Source: the human T2T-CHM13v2.0 reference genome, Homo sapiens
Reading direction: 5' to 3' (one strand)
DNA length: 64,000 nt
Assembly: GCF_009914755.1 (NCBI RefSeq)
Contig: NC_060947.1
The notes under the pieces are model-generated. The model was not told the DNA's origin and did not search any database. It saw nothing but the letters and a program-made list of their open reading frames with translations. The translations under genes were made by a program, and so were the position numbers. How positions within the stretch are numbered: the stretch's first letter is position 1; every line of letters begins with the position of its first letter. Shown piece after piece: positions 51,611-64,000 of the stretch.

Positions 51611-53216
51611 TGGAAGTTAAAGTGGATATCTAACACTAGAATTTCTGGGCATTCAAGATAGCCTGATTTGTACATTCTTGCTTAACAGGCAAACTAAATG
51701 AAAAAGCAAAATTATTAGCAGATTATAGGGAACATAGGGTCAGAACAAAAATGATATGTAATTTGAATGTGTATCTCCAGAACAGAGTACATATCTGTCA
51801 GCTAGACTGTATCTCTGCTCTGATCCTTTCTAGGTTTTTTGTGTTGTTTTGTTGTTCATTTTTTCATTTCCTAATTTAACCTACCAATGGTAAACTTATT
51901 TCATTTGCTTTATTTTCAGAGAGGGGTGTGTGTCAGAGCAATTATTGTCTGGCTCATGTACTTACTGCCTGTGACTACAACCCTGAAGGGTATATGTATT
52001 AATCCCACTTTTGCTGATGAAGAAACTGAGGTTCAAAGAAATGAATGAACTACTCAGTCACAAAACTGTAAGTGACCAAGTTGGAGTTGAAATACTGGTC
52101 TGTTTGGCTCCAGTTTAATCTCTTGCTACAATACCACAATACTGTTTCTCTGGTTCTGACTTTATTATTTGCCCCCAAATGCATCAACAGGAGTAGGGAA
52201 TAATCATGGGATTTCTCTTAGGTTCTGTAGTTACACTGCAGGAAGAAAACACATTTAGTATAATCATCTCAAGACGCCAAGAGCAAGAATTACTGCCTCC
52301 AGATAAATTCCTAAACGTAGAATTACTCAGTGAACTTGTCTGCACATTTTCTTAAACTTTTAGTGTTTATCAGCAAATTGCCCTTTAAATAAGCTGTACT
52401 TACTAAGTAACTTAATTCCCAGCAGATTATGAGTTACCTCTTTCCTGTACTACTACTACTAATGATAATAATACTTCTATAGTGGATACTATGAGCAGGA
52501 AACTTGTAGGTGCTTAAAATACGTTAATTTATTTGATTATCAAAATAGTCCATCATTTTATAAATGAAGAATACTGAAGTACAGAAAAGTTAAGTTATTT
52601 GCCAAAGTCATGCAGTTTACAATCAGAGGTAATAGAACCAGGATTTGAACTTAGGCAGTCTTTATTGACTATGTCTAGATTGGATATTATATTGGTCTTT
52701 TAAATTTTATAGACAAAAAGTATTTCACAGTTACTTTAATTTGTATTTTTTTATTTAAAGGAGATAACATATTTTTTCTTCCTTTTCTCCCTTTCTTCCT
52801 TCTTTCCTTTTTCTTTTCATTCTGACTTTTTTTTTCTTTTGTAAGATACTGGTTAACATCCTTTGCCTATTTTTCCCTTGGAGCGTTCATTTTTTAAAAA
52901 TTTGTAAGAAGTGTCTGTATGTCATGGATAGATCTCATGCGTTATATATGTTGCAATTTTTTTGTTTGTCTTTAACTGCTTAATTTTTATTACATTGTTG
53001 ATATATAGTTTAAAATTCTTATTTAATGAAATCTATTAATTTTTTCCATCCATGATTTTTCTTTGTCATTTTCATCAGGTTACCATCATGCCTAGCTTAT
53101 GTAAATATTTGCCCTAATATATTTCTGCAAATTTTATGATTTCATTTTTTAATCTAGAATTTATTTTGATATTTAACTTAAAAGTTCATTGATGGCACTC
53201 TTTCCACCTTTTCAAA

Positions 53217-53572
53217 ACTGTTATGAGGTTGTTATTTTTCTCATTCCTGTCACTGCAGTGGGATTTGGTAAAGAGAGAGGGTAAAAAACGTAAGCTCAGC
53301 AGCCACTATGAACAAGAAAGCTGATTTTTAAAATAACTAGTTATTTACTTTCTTGTAACCCAGGCTGGAGTGTGGTGGCATGATCAAGGCTTACTGTTCG
53401 GGGGTTATTATTTTTCTCATTTCTGTCACTTCAGTGGGATTTGGTAAAGAGAGAGGGTAAAAAACGTAAGCTCAGCAGCCACTACGAACAAGAAAGGTGA
53501 TTTTTAGAATAACTAGTTATTTACTTTCTTGTAACCCAGGCTGAAGTGTGGTGGCATGATCAAGGCTTACTG
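53217..53572. repeat. 176-bp direct tandem duplication
   Basis: Two near-identical units; ACTG at 53217, 53393 and 53569. Confidence 0.95.
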
Positions 53573-53776
53573 CAACTTTCACCTCCCAGGCCCAAGCGAT
53601 CCTCCCACCTCATCCTCCCATGTAGCTTGGATTATAGGCACTAGCCATCAAGCTCAGCTAGTTTAAAAAAAAAAAAATTGTAGAGATGGGGTCCCGCCAT
53701 GTTACCCAGGCTGTTCTTGAACCTGGGCTCAAGGAATACGCCTGACTTGGCCTCCCAAAGTGTTGGGATTACAGGC
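53530..53776 (-). mobile_element. AluJ lacking its 3' end and tail
   Basis: Antisense Alu 'tgtaacccaggctg..cctggcc' with J-type features. Confidence 0.9.
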
Positions 53777-55095
53777 ATGAAACACTGCACCTGGCCTTGT
53801 TCATTTTCTTACATGTCTCTTACATGGTTTGTTAAGATCTTCTACTTCTGGAATATATTTTGGCCATATCTATCTTCCTAGAAATGTAGTCATCAGGGCT
53901 TTTTTTTTTTTTTTTTGTCATTAGCCAATCTTTTTACAACGTATTTCTTTTTTATTAAAAAAAAAATCTCCTTCATCTGTGACTAAATGTATTCACACAA
54001 TACTAGTTCGTATATTTTTCTTGGTGCTTTCTTTGTTTCAGCTAATTAATGCTGTCCTTTTCCCTAATGAGGATACGTATGTTCTACTACTAAAATGTTA
54101 ATTTTATTTCATTGTAACTTAAAACATTAAAAGTAATATATTTTGAAGTAAAATGTCAAAAAATCACAATCACATAATTTTTAAGGTAAAGAAAGATAAT
54201 GCAAAGAAGTGTGTTTCTGGAAGGTTTCCTCAAGAGGGTGAGTATGGTTTTGCCCCTCTGATGTGTATTTTGGTGAGGGAATTGTCAGCCAAGACAATCG
54301 CCAATTAATAAAGATTTGTGTATTTGACTTGATTCTTCAAATACTTTCTTAGATTTACTTAACAAATTTTATTTTTTCTGTTTAATTCATTAATATTTGC
54401 TTTTATCATTCTATAGCTGTCACCTCACTTCCCTCCTTTTATTTTCCGTTGCCTTCTTTATTCGAATGCCTACTTCCCTTATTTTCAATCTGTTGTTTGA
54501 TATTTTAAGTCTTTGAATGTATAAATTTGACTCTGAGTTCATCCACATAGTACTTAATAAATGAAATAATATTAAACTGGACCTTGATACAAATGCAGCT
54601 TCCAGTGCACCACTTATTTCAGTAGGTTTGGCGTGGGGCCTAGAAACATGCATTCTTAACAATGTTCTCAGATCACACGTAGAAAAATCCTAGCATTAGT
54701 ATTGCTGTATATGCTCTCATTATCATTATTTTTGTAAATTTATTCTAATAAGAACATTGCACTTTGCCCCAAAAGTATTCAGTTATGTTTTAATAATCAA
54801 ATGGTTGGTTTTTTGTTCATACTTTGATTATTAATATCTAGCTTTATTCTATGGAAATTAAAGATTACCTATAATATTTTCATATTCTCACCACCCATAA
54901 TTAACTATTGCTGATATTTTATCATATTTGCTTTCATTTTAAAGATAAAAAGCATTTTTACATATTTAAGTTCCCTTTACTCACTATCCTGTATCCTATT
55001 CCATTTCCTCTTCCTCATGGGTGCAAGTTTGGTATATTTCTAAAAGAATATTTCAAATATACATAAGAATGTATTAGAGTGCTGTTTGGCATGTA

Positions 55096-55218
55096 TTAGG
55101 TTGGTGCAAAAGTAATTGCGGTTTTTGCTATTACTTTCAATGGCAAAAACCATTGTATAATAGTAACAATTCGTTACTTTCAATGGCAAAAACCGCAATT
55201 ACTTTTGCATCAACCTAA
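55096..55218. mobile_element. MADE1 (Hsmar1-derived mariner MITE) with internal duplication
   Basis: TIRs 'ttaggttggtgcaaaagtaattgcggtttttg' / 'caaaaaccgcaattacttttgcatcaacctaa'; TA at 55094-95 and 55219-20. Confidence 0.95.
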
Positions 55219-56149
55219 TACTAATTAATTTGGCTTTTTAGATCTATACATATTAACATATTTAAAGCTAGTCATCTTTTTACCTCTGTATTTTATTAAT
55301 TATATTAATAAAATAGAGAGGTAAAATAATATTAATTCTTCCATTTCTCCATCGATGGATATAACATACCTGTATATATATATTTTTCTTATCTTCAGAT
55401 TTATTAAAGTATTTGTGACCTAATGACTTTGAAATGCTGTTAAATGTTGAAAGCAGTGGTGCTTTGGTGGATGCTTGGTAGAGGGTGGGGGTTGGGGAAG
55501 AATTTTCTGTGTGGTTTAACCTAGAGTTAGAAATATATAGATAAATTTGAAATTATTTCTTCTATTTTTCAAGTTCTCTTTCTCAGCATTGCTACATCTT
55601 TATTGCTCTTACTTAATCTGTAATTAAATTAGGTAAATATGTCAATGTTTGCCACTACTATTATGTGCCTGTCAATTTCTACCCATACTCTTCCCCAAAA
55701 TACCTTTCTGTAGTGCATACTTACAAAAATCATCAGAAAATTCAAAATCTTATGAAAATAGAAAATAAGAATTATTCATAATTTCAGCAAACAGTACTAA
55801 CAGCCATTAACTTATTTGTGCATAGCCTTCCAGATTTTTTTACACATACGGTTTACATATACAACAAACTGTTCAAAAATTGCTTTTAAAATAAAAATAT
55901 ATTTATTGTATTTTTGATATTGGAACATATATTCTTATATAGTTTGTAACTGTACAGAAATATACAAAGGCATAATTGAAAATACTCTGTGATTTCCCTA
56001 TAACTACAGTTTATTTCATGTATACCTTTAAAGACACTCTATATTTTCTTGTATGGTAATATGATAATGTGCTCAACTAATCTCATGTAAACAGATAGTT
56101 AATATATTTAACATTTTAAAATGCTACAATGTATATACATTTTATACAT

Positions 56150-59062
<2,913 letters not shown>

Positions 59063-60220
59063 TCACATTTCTGTACCTGGAAAAAAAATGTATCTTATTT
59101 TTGATAATGGCTCTTAAATCTTTAAACACACACACAAAATCGTTCTTTACTTTCATTTTGATTCTTTTAAATCTGTCTAGTTGTAAGTCTAATATGATGC
59201 ATTTTAAGATGGAGTCCCTCCCTCCTACTTCCCTCACTCCCTTTCTCCTTTGCTTATTTTTCCTACCTTCCCTTCCTCTTGTCTCCCCACTCCCTCCCTC
59301 TTTGTTTCCTTCCTTCCTTATTTCCTTTAGTTTCCTTCCTTAGCCGTTTTGAGTGGTGGGAATCAATGCTGTTTCACTCAAAAGTGTTGCATGCAAACAC
59401 TTCTCTTTATTCTGCATTTATTGTGATTTTTGGAAACAGGTATCAACCTTCACAGTTGGGTGAACAAGTGTTGTCCTACAGATGTCCAATTTATTTGCAT
59501 TTTTAAACATTAGCCTATGATAGTAATTTAATGTAGAATGAAGATATTAAAAACAGAAGCAAATTATTTGAAGCTCTCTAATTTGTGGTACGATATTGCT
59601 TATTGTGACTTTGGCATGTATTTTTGCTAGCAAAATGCTGTAAGATTTATACCATTGATCTTTTTTGCTATATTTGTATACAGTACAGTAAGCACAATTG
59701 GCACTGTACATCTAAAAATATTACAGTAGAATCTGAGTGTAATATGTGTAACCAAAATGAGAAAGAATACAAGAAATGTTTCTGGAGCTAGTTATGTCTC
59801 ACAATTTTGTAGAATCTTACAGCATCTTTGATAAACTTCTCAGTGAAAATGTTGGCTAGGCAAGTTCAGTTAAAATATAGTAGAAATGTTTATCCTGGTA
59901 TCTCTAAGTATACATTTAATTGTACAGAAAATTTACAGTGTAACATTGTGTCAACATTTGCAGATTGACTGTATATGACCTTAATCTTTGTGCAGCCTGA
60001 AGGATCAGTGTAGTAATGCCAGGAAAGTGCTTTTTACCTAAGACTTCCTTCTCAGCTTCTCCCATAAAGAGACCCTAATATGCATTTTGATTTGTAATTG
60101 GAAATGTAACTTTCACTGAAAGTGTCATGTGATGTTTGCATTACTTTTAACTGCTATGTATAAAGGAAAGTGTGTCTTTTGACTTCATCAGTTATTTCTC
60201 TTGTGCACAGAGAAAAATGC

Positions 60221-60256
60221 ATTAAAAATGACTAAAAAAAATAAAAAATTAAAAAA
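60221..60256 (+). terminator. Polyadenylation signals / eroded genomic poly(A) at the 3' end of UBQLN2
   Basis: ATTAAA at 60221-26, A-rich tract 60234-60256 containing AATAAA at 60240-45, T-rich sequence downstream. Confidence 0.75.
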
Positions 60257-61350
60257 TGGATAAATCTTTTCTTTTTGCCTTTTGGCCCTAGGATCGTGTT
60301 TAGGAGGATTATCCCACCCCGAGATTATATAAATCTTATCCTATATTTCTCTAACTTATATGGTTTTATTTAGAAAATGTTTTGTCCTGTCTGGAATTAT
60401 CTTGATGTATGGATTTAGGTATTCTAACTTTTTTGCCCCAAAGGGTTAGCCAGTTGTTAACATATTTACCTTTTCCCCCAACATATGAAATGTCATACAT
60501 GTATATACTTTATTCTGTGTTTGGATTCCCTTTAGTTCCATTGAACATTGTGGCACCAGTACACCAGCCTGTAGATGAGTTAGAAATGGGACTTTGTATC
60601 TTTTAATGTGAGACCTCCTCTTGATCTTTTTTATTTTTTACAATATTCTGACGATTCTGACATGTTTATTTTACCAGATGAATTTTACAGTTAATAGATT
60701 CTTCCCCCAAAAATATATTGAGAATTTGGTTGGGATTCTCTTAAATTGATATGACTGTGAGGACTACAGAATTGCATTGCTTTCCAGAAACATGTTGCCT
60801 TGTTTCTGAAAAACTTTATATATCCTTCAAGAGAGTTTTACTTAAATCCTATATAATTTGTAATAAATATGTTCCTAGGTAATACAGACATACAGGGAAC
60901 ACGTTGATACTGCTTATTGGAGCTTTTAATATGTTACCTATGTGGTCATTTTTGCTATATAGGAGAAGAATTTATTTGCATCGATTATTTTAAATTGGCA
61001 ATTTATTGAAATCTATTAATTTTAGAGATATTCATTTGATCCTTTTGAGTTTTTCCAGGTGAGAAATCCTATCAATTATGTTATAATTATATGTTTTCCT
61101 TTTCAAAATTTATAACATAATTTCTGACTGCATGGGTTAAACATTTTCATAACAGTGCTAAATAATAAAGGTGGCAGTGGCATTTTTGTCTTGTTTCTCA
61201 TTTTAGCCAGAATGTGTTTGCTACAGCAATTCCAAATTGTGTTTTGTGAAAAAAAAATATTCTTCTGGGAGACAAGGAAATACATTTGCAAAATGCTGTA
61301 TACTTTAATCTCTCTTGGAGACTCATTGTGCAATAAATGTTGGCTAGTAT
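60254..61350 (-). mobile_element. Ancient L1ME-like relic (right part of the element split by UBQLN2)
   Basis: Antisense ORF2-like motifs 'cccaccccgagattatataaat..cctatattt', 'ctggaattatcttgatgtatgg', 'ttaccagatgaatttta', 'gtggcatttttgtcttgtttctcatttta'. Confidence 0.65.
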
Positions 61351-62064
61351 TTTTTTTTAATGGGTAGCTTCTTCAATTAAAAAAAAAAAAACTATTTAAC
61401 TTTGTGTAACTCAGCATTTTCCGAACTTATTTGAGCACAGAACCACCTTTTTTTTTTTCTTTTAAACACACCTAATACCATTTGGCCTGTCAGTGTTCCT
61501 CAGAACACCAACTTAGGAAATGGTGATTTATTATTTCATTACTATATCATGCCAGGTATTTGACATAATCACAAAGTCTGTCATAATAAATTCAGTAATT
61601 TTAATGACAGATGATTTTATATGGAAATAAATATAAAATTGTAGGCATAGAAAATAACAAGAAATCAATAGCATAGTAGAAACTGGATATTGGCTGAGGC
61701 CTGGCTCAGACAGTTTAGCAGATCAGTTTCTTTCAAACACTCAAGGAACAGGAAATTATTTTATTAGCTTTGCCAAATGTTTATTTTTAAGTGTATTTTG
61801 TTTTCTCTTGGAAAAGATCCACGTCTTTACTTTATTAAGTCTACTATTATTTTGCTTATAACTTCATTTATTTTGGCCTTTTAAAAATTACTTTTAACTG
61901 TTCTTCCTCCATCTCTTACATGATGTAATTTCCTCCTATTATGTTGCAGGTTCTTTTTAAAGGCTCTGTTTTTGTTTTGGGTTTTCTTCATCTACTATTG
62001 ATCCAAGATTTATCCATTTATTCATCATTGAATCAAGAAGGGTATATCCTGACCTGCTATCCCT

Positions 62065-62192
62065 CCCCCTCCAACAAGAGTGGAACAATTATTTTGTATC
62101 CATTCACTGTTTACTGGGTTGTCACCCCATCCAACAAGAGTGGAACAGTGTTTTTGTATCCATTCCCTGTTTACTGGGTTGTCACCCCCTCC
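62065..62192. repeat. 60-bp direct tandem duplication
   Basis: 'ccaacaagagtggaaca..tttgtatccattc..ctgtttactgggttgtca' at 62071 and 62131. Confidence 0.95.
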
Positions 62193-62821
62193 CAATGGCT
62201 CTGCGATCCAGCAAGATGTGGTAGTAGGGAGGGAGCTAATGCCAGGGGCAAACCCAGCAGGATGACTTCACCCTCAAGACAGCTTTCCTCATTTGCTTTT
62301 GTCCTCTGTTTCAGGTACGTGATATCATACATACTTTCTCTACTCGTGTGGGAGGGGAGGGGCAGGGGGCATATACACAACTTGGAAACAAAACCTGTTG
62401 GTTCATTAAAGGGGACTTTTGCATCAAGTTGAGATCTCCATGCTAGTTGAGAAACTAGGATCAGGAGACACCTGTATTTGGGTGTGGACAAGCTTGCCCT
62501 CTGAGAGAGGACAACCTGCTCCAAATTATGTTAATCTGCAGTGTCAAAATAGGACCAAATTGACTAATTCCTGTTAGGGCCAAGCCTAGTGATCAGGGTT
62601 GAGATGTCAGGAAAGCCATTTGGCCTGTGTCTTATAATTCAAAAAGGGATTCAAATTCAGACTTTTGACACTATCCTAAATGAACTGATAACTCTAGCCA
62701 CAAAGCCAGACTGACCTGATGTAAATGTTTGTCATACAGCTTAATTTAGTATATGTAAAGAAATTAAATTATTTGGCAAATTTGATATTCCTAATTGAGT
62801 ATTATTAAAAAAATATACTGA

Positions 62822-63124
<303 letters not shown>

Positions 63125-63664
63125 CTATTCTCATGCCACCATTTTCCCAGAATTCTGTTAGAAGACTTAGGGGAAAAGCAGTTTTCTGTAAATAGAAAGG
63201 AGAAGCATGATTCAGCAGATATCAGACTGAAGCCACCTCAAAGAGCAGGCGTCATCAGGTGGTGCACATGCTTGCATAGGCTTTACACACTTTGACCATG
63301 GGTAAAAACCCTTGGCAAAAGCTGCTGTAAACCAACAAGTTCAAAAGTTTGGGTAATGTCATTTTAAAAAGGAGTTGTTTGTCCCAGCATACAAGGACAA
63401 CATTTATTTGTCCAGTGGGTATGAATCGAGGCATATAGCTCCAGCTGTATTGAGGTATCTGAGCACAGATTTGAGCTCCCTAAAACAGCACTTTTGGAAT
63501 CCATATTTAGAACTGTGTAGATTAGCAAACTTAAGATAATTTCAAGAAAGATTCTGTAATTCATTATTAAAAGCATGGTTGATGAGCTTGAAAGAAAGAA
63601 GAAAGATGATTACTCGGCCCTAGCATGTATTTCACAAGATTGCCAAACTGAATTTTGTTAGGTT

Positions 63665-63890
63665 AGAATAACAATAATAGCTAACATACTCATTGCTATG
63701 TTCAATCTCGTAGTAGCTCTGTAAGGTAGCACAATTACAAGCTTCCCCAGCTTACAGATAAGGAAATAAGCTGAATGAGACTAAGTAACTTGAGCAAGGT
63801 CACACTACTTACTATTAAGTGACAGAGTCAAGGTTTGAACCCAGTTCTGAGATTCTAGACTATGCTCTTAAGCAGTACATTATACTGCCT
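63665..63890 (-). mobile_element. MIR
   Basis: 'aataatagctaaca..ttacagataaggaaataagct..aagtaacttgagcaaggtcacac..ggtttgaacccag'. Confidence 0.8.
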
Positions 63891-64000
63891 CCCCTTAAGT
63901 CTATTAAACTATACTGGTCTGTTAATCAGAGATTTTACTATAAGTTGTATACTAGCTGGCCTCCTGGGTGTTGTTCGGGAGAACATTGGCTCTTGTTAAA

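Overview
Primate (very likely human) genomic DNA containing one protein-coding gene, the intronless retrogene UBQLN2 (ubiquilin-2; CDS 57188-59062, + strand, 624 aa; established as X-linked), with its CpG-island promoter and 3' UTR. The first ~44 kb is a dense nest of LINE-1 elements of several ages (L1MA/L1MC/L1PB hosts invaded by L1PA8-, L1PA6/7-, L1PA4- and L1PA3-type elements, Alus, a full THE1 MaLR provirus and solo LTRs). The rest is AT-rich intergenic DNA with MIR/L2/L1ME/DNA-transposon relics. Nearly all other ORFs in the track are broken L1 ORF1/ORF2 or repeat-derived. I found no evidence of a new gene system. The most notable signals are mechanistic fossils: (i) the apparent original integration scar of UBQLN2 (degenerate 14-bp TSD plus eroded poly(A)) inside an ancient L1ME, implying the GC-box promoter arrived with the retrocopy; (ii) a ~50-bp L1 insertion that seems to carry an 11-bp twin-priming inversion; (iii) three independent lesions at the same homologous ORF1 site in different L1 copies; (iv) an Alu monomer with a putative 3' transduction; (v) a TSD-flanked orphan insert. 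Repeat subfamily names come from remembered consensus sequences and need RepeatMasker/Dfam confirmation; boundaries of old repeats are approximate.
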